Shown here: positions 19,212-29,911 of the stretch, one piece after another | Position numbering within the stretch: the stretch's first letter is position 1 | Layout of the letters: every line of letters starts with the position of its first letter | NCBI GenBank assembly: GCA_003279105.1 | Contig: QCBO01000002.1 | Location: 40,770-104,769 of the forward strand | Source of the DNA: Prochlorococcus sp. AG-347-I19 | GTDB taxonomy: Bacteria > Cyanobacteriota > Cyanobacteriia > PCC-6307 > Cyanobiaceae | Direction: 5' to 3' | Length of the DNA: 64,000 nucleotides | Notes under the pieces: generated by a model | What the model was told of the DNA's origin: nothing | Seen by the model: only the letters and a program-made list of their open reading frames with translations | The model's database searches: none | Program-made: the position numbers and the translations under genes

Positions 19212-21968
19212 TCAGCTAGGTTTGAAAACGATCTCATCGTTTTTAGACGAGTTAAGTTTAATTGTGATATTTTTTTTGTTTTTAAAGTTATCCTCTAAAA
19301 GTTTTGCGGCCAAGGGATTTTCTATTTGTCTTCTAAGTTCCCTGCTAAGTGGCCTAGCACCATATTCAGGTTCGTAAGAATCATTTGCAATTTTATTGAT
19401 AACTTTTTTGTCTATAACAATATTTATTTTCTGTTCAAGCAGCAAGTTTTTTAAATCTTCTGTTTGTAAAATTATGATTTTTTGAAGTTCATCAATTGAT
19501 AATGGATCAAATTTTACTACTTCGTCAATTCTATTTAAAAATTCAGGTCTAAAAATTGAAGACAATGTATTTCTAATGGAATCATCTAAGGTTTGTTGGT
19601 CTTTTTCTAATTTTCCCTCACCTTTAGAAATCTTTTGTGAGTACTCCAGTATAGATTTACCAGCTAGGTTGCTTGTCATAATGATTACGGTATTTTTGAA
19701 GTCTACGGTCCTTCCTTGAGAGTCCGTTAATCTTCCTTCATCTAAGACTTGTAAAAGGATATTAAAAACCTCTGAATGAGCTTTTTCTATCTCGTCAAGA
19801 AGTATTACTGAATAGGGTTTACGTCTTACAGCTTCAGTTAATTGACCTCCCTCTTCATAACCAACATAACCTGGAGGAGCCCCCAAAAGTCTTGCTACGG
19901 CATTTTTCTCCATAAATTCACTCATGTCTAATCTTAAAAGTGCGTCTTCTTCATCAAATAAAGCTGTTGCAAGAGATTTTGCTAATTCTGTTTTGCCAAC
20001 ACCTGTAGGACCCATAAATAAAAAAGATCCAATAGGTCTTTTAGGACTTTTCATGCCAACGCGAGCTCTTCTAATCGCTGCAGAAACCGCTTCTATAGCT
20101 TTTTCTTGTCCAATAACTTTTTCACTTAGTTCTGTTTCGAGATTGACTAATTTTTTACGTTCATTTGAAACTACTTTGGAAATAGGAATGCCTGTGATTT
20201 TTGAAATAACATCAGCAATATCATCAGGTTCAACTTGATATTTAAAAGGGAAATTTCTATTTTTCTTGGTTTTATTTAAGTTCTCTTCAACTGCTTGTAT
20301 TTCATTCTCTATTTCACTTAACTCTTCTTCAAGCTTTTCTAAATAATCCAGATCATTTTCAATTTCGCGATTTGTTTTATCTTTAATTTGTTTGGTTAGC
20401 TTATCTTCTTCTTTCAACAAAATAGATAATTGCTCCATTTCTTCCCTTAAATTGTTCCAATTGTCCAAAAGAACGTTCAATTTTTCCTCTGATTGTTGTC
20501 TCATATTAAGTAGTTTTTCTTGAGCTTCGATATTTTCCTCTTTCAAATTATTCAGTTTTTCATCAATTTTATGAAGTTTGTTTTCTAGTTGAAGAATTAT
20601 TTGTGGCTTACTATTAGATTCGATTTTTAATTGTGCAGCTGCTTCATCAATTAAATCTATTGCTTTATCAGGAAGACATTTATCGCTGATGTATCTGTCA
20701 GCCAATTTTGCAGAATAGTTTATAGCCTCTTCAGAAATTTTTATGCCATGATGTGATTCATATTTCTTTTTGATGCCTTGTAGTATTTTTGCGCTTAATT
20801 CTAATGAAGGTTCATTAACAGCTATCTTTTGAAAGCAATTATTCAATGCCTGATCTTTTTCAATAGTTTCACGAAATTTCTCAGGTGTTGTTGTACCGAT
20901 ACATCTAAGTTCTCCTTCAGCTAATAAAGGTTTTAAGATATTGCTAATGTCGGTTGAAGATCTGTCAGAACTTAATATTGAATGAATTTCGTCAATGAAT
21001 AGAATCATTCCTTGGCTTGGATTGTTTAGTTCCTGCATTATTAAGCTTAGCCGTTCCTCTAGTTGGCCTCTAAATTTTGTCCCAGACACTAAAGCACCTA
21101 AGTCAAGTGAAATGATTTTTAAGTTTTTTAAAGAATCAGGAACTTTTTTGTCTACAATTAATTGTGCAAGTAATTTTGCAATTGAGGTTTTACCAACACC
21201 AGGATTGCCGATAAGTATAGGATTATTTTTGTTTCTTCTGCAGAGTACCCTCATTAAATTATTGATTTCATTTTCTCTTCCTAAAACGGGATCCAGTATG
21301 CCTTTTTTAGCTGATTCTGTTAAATCTTTTCCATAAATTGACAGAGCATTTTCATCTTTCCCAACTTGTTTTTTGGTTTCAATTTGAAGATCACTTTTAG
21401 GTAATGGAACAATAGCTTTCTTAAATTTTTCTTCTTTTACAAAAGTCTCGTTGTTTGATTCAAAATTAGATTGATTATTTATCTCGATTACGTTCTCATA
21501 ACTAAAAGAATCTTTTGATTGATTAATATTTGGAAAAAATTTTAATTCTTCTTCTAATTTTTCCATTGAGAGGTTGCCTTCTTCAAAAACATAATTTCCA
21601 ATTCTTAAATCCCTTCCAAGAGCAATAAGTAAATGAGGGATTTCAATTAATCTTGATCCCCATTGGATTTTAATCTGATTCGCATTATCTAATAGAATTT
21701 CTAAATCTTCTCCAATAGTAAAAATATCTGACTCATTTGTTGGTGTATCTTCCAAAAAATCTTCTGTGATGTCTAAAACTGTATCTTGGTCGATTGATAA
21801 TTTTTCTACAAAAGCAAAGAATTCACTTGATGAGAACAATGTATGAATTATGTGTTCAATATTAAATTCGCTATGATCCCATTTTTTTGCGGTTTCTTCT
21901 CCCAATAAAAGAAGATTCCAACTGATATCGCTAAAAAGTTCAGGACTGGATGTAAGTGTTTCTCTCAT
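19212..21968 (-). CDS. clpB: ClpB2-type AAA+ chaperone (Hsp100)
   Basis: Clp N-domain, NBD1 (GNPGVGKT, FIDEIH), coiled-coil M-domain, NBD2 (GPTGVGKTELAK, GAPPGYVGYEEGG, LDEIEKAH, GARPL). Confidence 0.9.
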   Translation of the reverse strand: MRETLTSSPELFSDISWNLLLLGEETAKKWDHSEFNIEHIIHTLFSSSEFFAFVEKLSIDQDTVLDITEDFLEDTPTNESDIFTIGEDLEILLDNANQIKIQWGSRLIEIPHLLIALGRDLRIGNYVFEEGNLSMEKLEEELKFFPNINQSKDSFSYENVIEINNQSNFESNNETFVKEEKFKKAIVPLPKSDLQIETKKQVGKDENALSIYGKDLTESAKKGILDPVLGRENEINNLMRVLCRRNKNNPILIGNPGVGKTSIAKLLAQLIVDKKVPDSLKNLKIISLDLGALVSGTKFRGQLEERLSLIMQELNNPSQGMILFIDEIHSILSSDRSSTDISNILKPLLAEGELRCIGTTTPEKFRETIEKDQALNNCFQKIAVNEPSLELSAKILQGIKKKYESHHGIKISEEAINYSAKLADRYISDKCLPDKAIDLIDEAAAQLKIESNSKPQIILQLENKLHKIDEKLNNLKEENIEAQEKLLNMRQQSEEKLNVLLDNWNNLREEMEQLSILLKEEDKLTKQIKDKTNREIENDLDYLEKLEEELSEIENEIQAVEENLNKTKKNRNFPFKYQVEPDDIADVISKITGIPISKVVSNERKKLVNLETELSEKVIGQEKAIEAVSAAIRRARVGMKSPKRPIGSFLFMGPTGVGKTELAKSLATALFDEEDALLRLDMSEFMEKNAVARLLGAPPGYVGYEEGGQLTEAVRRKPYSVILLDEIEKAHSEVFNILLQVLDEGRLTDSQGRTVDFKNTVIIMTSNLAGKSILEYSQKISKGEGKLEKDQQTLDDSIRNTLSSIFRPEFLNRIDEVVKFDPLSIDELQKIIILQTEDLKNLLLEQKINIVIDKKVINKIANDSYEPEYGARPLSRELRRQIENPLAAKLLEDNFKNKKNITIKLNSSKNDEIVFKPS

Positions 21969-22230
21969 AAACTATAAAAACTATAGTTGATTAATAATTA
22001 ATATTCTAAATAGTATCTACATTAATAAGCATCCAATAATTTTCAAACTGTAAGATGAATTTGAAAAATATAATTTCGAGAGGGGGGTTGCGAGGACTTT
22101 TTAAACAATAGAAGATTTAACTATTATCTGAGTTGTTCTGGAATTAAAAATTATTATCAGGTTAACATATATATTTCAGATATTAGCCAAATAGTTCAGC
22201 TATTAATAGGATTTAAATAGTAATAATTAA

Positions 22231-23526
<1,296 letters not shown>

Positions 23527-23531
23527 TTTTG

Positions 23532-25199
23532 TTAGCGCTTAAGTTTTTCTAAACGTGAGCCTTTTCTCATACTTAATTGGCAATTTATCCAATCAATACT
23601 TATTGGCAGTGCAAAAAAAAGTGGTAACAATGCAAAATTATTTTGATTATTGCTTACAAGTAAAGCAGATGCAATTGATAAGCTTCCTATAAGAATTGAA
23701 TGGCCTAAAGTTTTTTGAGCAGTAAACATTTTTTTGAATTGCCTATCAGACTCTCCCATTCTTATTTGTAATTGTAAATCGCCCTGCTCTAATCTTTCTA
23801 AACTTTCATCTATTCTTTTTGGAATACCAACAGCTTTCGATCCTAGTTCACCCACTTGCCTACCAAATTGGTTAATTAAATCGTTAGGAGTTTGATTATT
23901 TGAAGTCATAAGTTCTATTAAATAAGGCTTGGTAACTGATACAAGGTTAAACCCTGGATCAAGCATTCTACCAACTCCTTCAAAAGTTGATAAGGCTCTC
24001 ATAACAAAGATTAAATCTACTGGTAGTTGAAATGGTGTTTCATAAACAAGTTCGTATAAATCTCCAGATAATTTTTCAATAATATTTGGACTAAATGGTG
24101 GAGTTAAGGCTTCTTTAAGCATCAGCCTGACTAATCTTCTGACTGGTCCTACATCAATATCTTTTGAAATTAGCCCAGCTTGTTGTAATTGACTAACAAG
24201 TGATGAGGCGTCTCTTAATGCAGCAGCCTTAACCATCCCCCCTAATCTCGTTTGAAGATTATTTGAGATATTGCCCATCATTCCAAAATCATAAAAAATC
24301 AATTCACCTTCATTTGAAACTGCTAGATTCCCTGGATGAGGGTCTGCATGAAAAAAACCGTAATTTACTAATTGTTTTAAATAGCTTATGGCACCTATTT
24401 CTGCAATTTTAGGTAAATCAATTTCTTGTGATTTTAATTTTTCTAAATCGCTTATTTTTGTTCCCTCCAGATAACTTAAACAAAGCACTTTTTCACTGCT
24501 CATATCCCAAATGACTTCAGGAACTTCTACATTTTCATCATCAATAAATTGCTGTCTAAATCTTGCTGCATATTGTGCTTCACAATTAAAATCAAGCTCC
24601 TTCATGAGAACTTTTCTACACTCTTTGGCAATCTCAACCCAGTTTCTACCTCGACTCCAATTCTTATTTTTCTGCAACAATCCTGCTATTTGCTGCATTA
24701 TGCCTAAATCAATAATAAATAATTCTTTTAAATTGGGTCTTTGAACTTTAAATACTACTTTCTTACCATCTTTTAAAGTCGCCCTATGAACCTGAGCGAG
24801 TGATGCTGATCCTACCGGATCACCTATTATTTGATCTATTTCATTAAACTTAGACCCTAGTTCTTTCCTTATAATTTTTTCAACTTGCGCAAATGAAAAA
24901 TTAGGAACTTGATCCTGCAATTTAGACAATTCCTGAATCCATGTATTAGGAATTAAGTCAGGTCTAGCTGATAATAATTGTCCAATTTTAATAAATGCGG
25001 AACCTAGTTTTATTAATTGATTAGTAAACCATCTAGCTCTTTTTATTTGGACCCTATTTTTTTCATTGCTTTTAGTTTGGAAAATTGTCAATTTAATATT
25101 ATCTATCCACAAATTTATTAAAAGCGAAATCAGAGTTATCCAAATAAGAAAGGCCCTCTTCAATTTTTTGAAACGATAATGAAGAATTTGATAGCTCAT
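23532..25199 (-). CDS. ABC1/AarF/UbiB-family atypical kinase
   Basis: LGSAFIKIGQLLSARPD, GSASLAQVHRA, KVQRP, FFHADPHPGN, DFGM. Confidence 0.93.
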   Translation of the reverse strand: MSYQILHYRFKKLKRAFLIWITLISLLINLWIDNIKLTIFQTKSNEKNRVQIKRARWFTNQLIKLGSAFIKIGQLLSARPDLIPNTWIQELSKLQDQVPNFSFAQVEKIIRKELGSKFNEIDQIIGDPVGSASLAQVHRATLKDGKKVVFKVQRPNLKELFIIDLGIMQQIAGLLQKNKNWSRGRNWVEIAKECRKVLMKELDFNCEAQYAARFRQQFIDDENVEVPEVIWDMSSEKVLCLSYLEGTKISDLEKLKSQEIDLPKIAEIGAISYLKQLVNYGFFHADPHPGNLAVSNEGELIFYDFGMMGNISNNLQTRLGGMVKAAALRDASSLVSQLQQAGLISKDIDVGPVRRLVRLMLKEALTPPFSPNIIEKLSGDLYELVYETPFQLPVDLIFVMRALSTFEGVGRMLDPGFNLVSVTKPYLIELMTSNNQTPNDLINQFGRQVGELGSKAVGIPKRIDESLERLEQGDLQLQIRMGESDRQFKKMFTAQKTLGHSILIGSLSIASALLVSNNQNNFALLPLFFALPISIDWINCQLSMRKGSRLEKLKR

Positions 25200-25513
25200 T
25201 TAATTTGATTATTTAAATTTTTATTAAAGAGATCAATTTGTTTATTGATAACTGCAATTTCATTTAAAGCTTTTTTTATTTTGGAATCTTGATAAGTATT
25301 TTTAGAATCATTTTCTTGAATATTTTCGGCTTTTTCCAGTCTTGATGCCTCTTCGATTATGGATTCTTTTAAACTATCAAATTCTTTTTTGAGAATTTCT
25401 GGAGCATCCTGAGCAATATTTGTTGCCTCTTCAATTTTTTCAACTAATATTTCGTTTAATTTTTCGGTTACTTTCTTAATGGCAGCTTTTAAAAGGTAAT
25501 CAGAGTTTGTCAT
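25196..25513 (-). CDS. Hypothetical acidic/helical protein overlapping the ABC1 kinase start
   Basis: 105-aa ORF rich in E/K/I; its stop overlaps the kinase ATG (ATGA). Confidence 0.7.
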   Translation of the reverse strand: MTNSDYLLKAAIKKVTEKLNEILVEKIEEATNIAQDAPEILKKEFDSLKESIIEEASRLEKAENIQENDSKNTYQDSKIKKALNEIAVINKQIDLFNKNLNNQIK

Positions 25514-25767
25514 GAAAAATATAATGTTTCAACGGTAATTGATTTTTCGATATGACCTAATAATAGATCAATACAGAACATTTCACGTAACTGATCATTT
25601 TGATAATTAAATTTTTATGTTTTTCCTATGTAAGTTTGTTTCTATATTAAGCTTTTTTCTCTTTTTTCTTCTAACTTATATCTATACAAAAGTTCAGGTA
25701 TTTACTTTAAAATATCTTCTAACCAAGAACTCATCTAATTAACTACTAAAAAAGGAGTTTTTTAAAA

Positions 25768-26724
25768 TTGGAAATCATTGAGTCAGATGTAGTTATTATC
25801 GGAGGAGGCCCTGCAGGATGTACTTGCGCACTTTATACATCACGTTCAAATTTAAAGACAGTAATTTTAGATAAAAATCCATCTGTTGGTGCCTTAGCAA
25901 TAACTCATCAAATCGCTAATTATCCTGGTGTTCCGGTTGATATAAGTGGAGAGAAATTACTTACCTTAATGAGAGAACAGGCTGTACAATACGGCACAGA
26001 TTATAGAAGAGCGCAAGTTTTTGGAATAGATTCTAGTGGAGAATGGAAAATGGTTTACACACCCGAAGGCACTTTCAAAGCTAAAGCACTTGTACTTGCA
26101 AGTGGTGCAATGGGTAGACCTGCATCATTTAAGGGTGAAGCGGATTTTCTTGGCAAAGGAGTAAGTTATTGTGCTACATGTGATGGGGCTTTTTATAAAA
26201 ATAGAGAAGTTGCCGTTGTTGGAGTGAACAAGGAGGCAATTGAAGAGGCAACTGTTCTAACTAAATTTGCATCAACTGTGCATTGGATTACATCAAGTGA
26301 TCCTAAATCAGATAATGAAGAAGCTATGGAATTGATGGATAATTCAAATATAAAACATTGGAGTAGAACAAGATTATTGGAAATACTGGGCGATGATATG
26401 GGTGTGAATGGGGTAGTTGTAAAAAATAAACAAGAAGAAAATCCTATCAATTTAAATTTAGATGGAGTGTTTGTCTACATGAGTGGTTCAAAGCCGATTA
26501 CTGATTTTTTAGGGGATCAAATTGCTTTAAAAGAAGACGGAGGAGTTATTGTTGATGATTTTATGTCTACAAACTCAGATGGAGTTTGGGCTATTGGAGA
26601 TATAAGAAATACACCATTTAAGCAAGCTGTAGTTGCGGCTTCTGATGGATGTATTGCTGCAATGTCAATTGATAGATACTTAAATAGTCGAAAAAATATA
26701 AGAGTAGATTGGATTCATTCTTAA
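25768..26724 (+). CDS. Flavin thioredoxin reductase (TrxB fold) lacking NADPH-binding motifs
   Basis: GGGPAG FAD motif, CATCDG redox pair, WAIGD. GxGxxA and HRR motifs absent. C-terminal tail ending RVDWIHS. TTG start with upstream AGGAG. Confidence 0.88.
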   Translation: MEIIESDVVIIGGGPAGCTCALYTSRSNLKTVILDKNPSVGALAITHQIANYPGVPVDISGEKLLTLMREQAVQYGTDYRRAQVFGIDSSGEWKMVYTPEGTFKAKALVLASGAMGRPASFKGEADFLGKGVSYCATCDGAFYKNREVAVVGVNKEAIEEATVLTKFASTVHWITSSDPKSDNEEAMELMDNSNIKHWSRTRLLEILGDDMGVNGVVVKNKQEENPINLNLDGVFVYMSGSKPITDFLGDQIALKEDGGVIVDDFMSTNSDGVWAIGDIRNTPFKQAVVAASDGCIAAMSIDRYLNSRKNIRVDWIHS

Positions 26725-26745
26725 AATTAATATTGCTACTTTAAT

Positions 26746-27027
26746 TTATAGGGGTGTTGCTTCAGAAATATAAGCAACTCCTCCGTAGTAGCTTAAATCG
26801 TCTCTAATATTATCTCTCATTTTATCTATTAATTCTTGCTCACAAAAAACAATTACGTGGGCATTTGCACCTAATCCTGTAAATTCCATATCTTCAGTAA
26901 CAACTCTTTCAGGCCCTCTGCCTGTGGCGTGTTTCATAACTGTATATCCAGGAACATTAGCTTTTTCTAATGTTTTAATGATTGCATCTAGTTCTCTTTC
27001 ACTAAATATCAAGTCTAATCTTTTCAT
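26746..27027 (-). CDS. sbtB: PII-like SbtB-family regulator
   Basis: 93-aa PII fold (GYTV...ATGRG, YGGVAYISE) directly downstream of sbtA, 2-nt gap. Confidence 0.8.
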   Translation of the reverse strand: MKRLDLIFSERELDAIIKTLEKANVPGYTVMKHATGRGPERVVTEDMEFTGLGANAHVIVFCEQELIDKMRDNIRDDLSYYGGVAYISEATPL

Positions 27028-27029
27028 TT

Positions 27030-28028
27030 TTATAAAGGGGACAAAGGGATAATAGTATTTACTAAACTCATATATATGGGAATGCCAAGAATTATATTGA
27101 ATGGGAAAGTTAGACCTAGTGTAGTTGAAATATAATAACTAGATTTAGCTTCTGGAACTGTCATCCTCATCGCTGCAGGAACTGCTAGATAAGAGGCGCT
27201 TGCACATAAAACCACAAATAAAAGTGCGTTGCCAGGTCCTAAAGATAAAAATCTTGCAACGAAAACACCAATAAATGCGTTAAACAAAGGCATAAAAATG
27301 GCAAAGCCAATCAAGAACGAACCCGCATTCTTAAGTCTCGGCAATCTTTGAGCCGCGACTATTCCCATATCTAACAAGAAGAAGCATTCTGCTCCATAGA
27401 ATAATTGTCCAGTAAAAGGCTCCATTTTTGTAATCCCAGAGGGATTACTGGAAGCAGTAAGAAATCCTACAATTAAGCTTGAGAGCAATAAATAAACTGA
27501 TCCATTCAAAAGTGATTCGTGTAATATTGCGCTTAGATGCATTTTTCTTGATTTTGGTCTATTTTTGGGAGCTGCAAATTTCACAAGTAATAATCCAACA
27601 ATTATGGCAGGAGATTCCATTAAAGCTAAGGCGCCAACCATAAACCCATCAAAGGCTATTTTTTGACTTTCCAAAAAACTTTCTGCGGAAATAAATGTAA
27701 CAGCACTAATTGAACCGTATGCTGCTGCTATTGCGGCTGAATTAAAGACATCAAATTTAAATCTTAAAATTAAAAATCCAATCAGCGGGATTATAAGTGA
27801 CATCAGTATTGCAGCACTTAAAGTAGGCAATACTTGATCTGTAAAACCACTTTTCTGTATCTCTATACCTCCTTTAAAGCCAATAGCTAGTAGCAGATAT
27901 AAGGAGAAGAGTTTAGGTAATGGAGCCGGTATTTCTAAATCAGATTTAAAGATTACTGATATTGCTCCAATCAAAAAGAAAAGAACCGGCGGGGCTAATA
28001 CATTTTGAAGTATTGGATTTATTTCCAT
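27030..28028 (-). CDS. sbtA: Sodium-dependent bicarbonate transporter family (SbtA/DUF897)
   Basis: Multi-TM; SLYLLLAIGFKGG, YGSISAVTF, MESPAIIVG, FLLDMG, SASYLAVPAAMR. Confidence 0.9.
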   Translation of the reverse strand: MEINPILQNVLAPPVLFFLIGAISVIFKSDLEIPAPLPKLFSLYLLLAIGFKGGIEIQKSGFTDQVLPTLSAAILMSLIIPLIGFLILRFKFDVFNSAAIAAAYGSISAVTFISAESFLESQKIAFDGFMVGALALMESPAIIVGLLLVKFAAPKNRPKSRKMHLSAILHESLLNGSVYLLLSSLIVGFLTASSNPSGITKMEPFTGQLFYGAECFFLLDMGIVAAQRLPRLKNAGSFLIGFAIFMPLFNAFIGVFVARFLSLGPGNALLFVVLCASASYLAVPAAMRMTVPEAKSSYYISTTLGLTFPFNIILGIPIYMSLVNTIIPLSPL

Positions 28029-28034
28029 AAATGA

Positions 28035-29687
28035 CTAGGCTATTTCATTTAGAGCAGTTTCTAAAGCTTCTTTTCTTGTTTCAATAATGCCTTCAACTCC
28101 AAACTTAGCTAATCTATCTTTTACTTTTTCATTAGCACCAGCAACAAATGCTTTTCTGGAATTATTTTTCGCTTCTTGCATCATATCCTCTATTGCCAGA
28201 GTCGCAGTAACTCCAAGTCGTGGAACATCAGTGATATCTAATATCAAAACTTTGTAGTTTCTTACAAGCATCATTCTCTCAGATATACCTTTAGCTGCTC
28301 CAAAACTAAGTGGTCCTTTAAGTCTAAATAGCATTACCTCGCCTGAACATCTATCTAGAAGTGCTTTTTCATCAGCAGGCAAAGCATTTTTTCCTTGATC
28401 ATCTTCTGATAAAGGATTATCCTCATCCATACCTTCTAGTTGAGTTTCGGTTATTGAATCAATAGTGAGCATATTTGCTATGAATACACCAACTAAAACT
28501 GCCCAAATTAAATCCCAAAAAACAGTCATTAAAAGTACGCCGTACATTACTACTGATGTTTTTAAAGATAATTTATGAGCCCTCCTCAAGAATCCCCAAT
28601 CAATAATATCTAGGCCTACTTTTATAAGAATTCCTGCTAGCAATGCAGTTGGTATTTGCTCAGCTAAAGGTCCCGCACCAACTAAAACTATCAACAACAC
28701 AACCGAGTGAACCATACCAGAAATTGGAGTTGATCCTCCAGATTTGACATTTATAACTGTTCTCATGGTTGCTCCTGCTCCAGGTAAACCTGAAAACAGA
28801 CCTGCAACTGCATTTCCTATTCCTTGACCAATAAGTTCTCTATCAGAATTATGTTTTGTTTGAGAGATATTGTCTGCTACTAGAGATGTCAGTAAGGAGT
28901 CAATTGCGCCAAGCACTGCTAGCACTAATCCCGCTTTGAAAATAATTGGAAAATATTGATTAAAACTTGGGAAATTTAAAGATGGAACTCCCCTTGGGAT
29001 TTCTCCAATTCTATCAATAGCTCCATCTCCAAAAATTAATATAGATATTGGGGTAACTATCAATAAGGCCAAGAGAGGAGAAGGAACCCACTGACTTATT
29101 TTTCTAGGAGTAAGAAATACTATACCTAGTGTCATTATTGCTACTCCAATAGCAGCACCATTGGGCTGGAAATTTGAAAATACAGTAGTTAAAGATTCGA
29201 CTACTCCACCTCGAGTGCTAATTCCAAGTAATGGCCCAATCTGAAGCGCAATGATTATTACCCCAATACCAGACATAAATCCTGAAACTACAGAATATGG
29301 AACTAAAGTAATATACTTACCTAATTTTAAAATTCCAAATAATATTTGCAGTAAGCCTCCAATGACCACTGCTGCCATAACTAAAGGTAAAATTTGTCCT
29401 GCAGTGAGATCTCTTGGAACTCCAACTGCTGCTAAGCCTGCTACTACACCTGCAACAGTTACACTCATGGGACCGGTAGGTCCACTAACTTGAGCAGGTG
29501 TTCCGCCGAATAATGCTGCTAAAAAACCAACTACTACTGCTCCATATAGTCCATAAATCGCTCCGCCAGGTCCTAACGCAGCATTACCAAAAGCAAGAGC
29601 GAGAGGTAAAGCCACAACTGCGGCTGTGATGCCTCCAAGAATATCGCCTCTTACATTTTTTAGATGAAATCCATTAATTATTTTCAA
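28035..29687 (-). CDS. bicA: SulP/SLC26 anion transporter (BicA-like) with STAS domain
   Basis: GDILGGITAAVVALPLALAFG, QVSGPTGPM, ELIGQGIGN, C-terminal STAS-like (GPLSFGAA...ILDITDVP). Substrate inferred from its position next to sbtA. Confidence 0.8.
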   Translation of the reverse strand: MKIINGFHLKNVRGDILGGITAAVVALPLALAFGNAALGPGGAIYGLYGAVVVGFLAALFGGTPAQVSGPTGPMSVTVAGVVAGLAAVGVPRDLTAGQILPLVMAAVVIGGLLQILFGILKLGKYITLVPYSVVSGFMSGIGVIIIALQIGPLLGISTRGGVVESLTTVFSNFQPNGAAIGVAIMTLGIVFLTPRKISQWVPSPLLALLIVTPISILIFGDGAIDRIGEIPRGVPSLNFPSFNQYFPIIFKAGLVLAVLGAIDSLLTSLVADNISQTKHNSDRELIGQGIGNAVAGLFSGLPGAGATMRTVINVKSGGSTPISGMVHSVVLLIVLVGAGPLAEQIPTALLAGILIKVGLDIIDWGFLRRAHKLSLKTSVVMYGVLLMTVFWDLIWAVLVGVFIANMLTIDSITETQLEGMDEDNPLSEDDQGKNALPADEKALLDRCSGEVMLFRLKGPLSFGAAKGISERMMLVRNYKVLILDITDVPRLGVTATLAIEDMMQEAKNNSRKAFVAGANEKVKDRLAKFGVEGIIETRKEALETALNEIA

Positions 29688-29911
29688 AGATGCTCTCCTT
29701 AAAATAAATACTTAACTAAAAGATATTATCTCTTAATGACGTAAATTTGTGAAAAATGAAGTTTGTGCAAAATATTTTTGTAACTTTTTTTTTCTCTAAT
29801 TTAGATAGTTTTAGTTAATTTTCCTCAACAAAAGGAGTCTCTGATTGATTTAAGTGTGAGGTGAGCGATTAATGTATTAAATAAATATTTTTTAATTAAA
29901 ATAATATTCAA

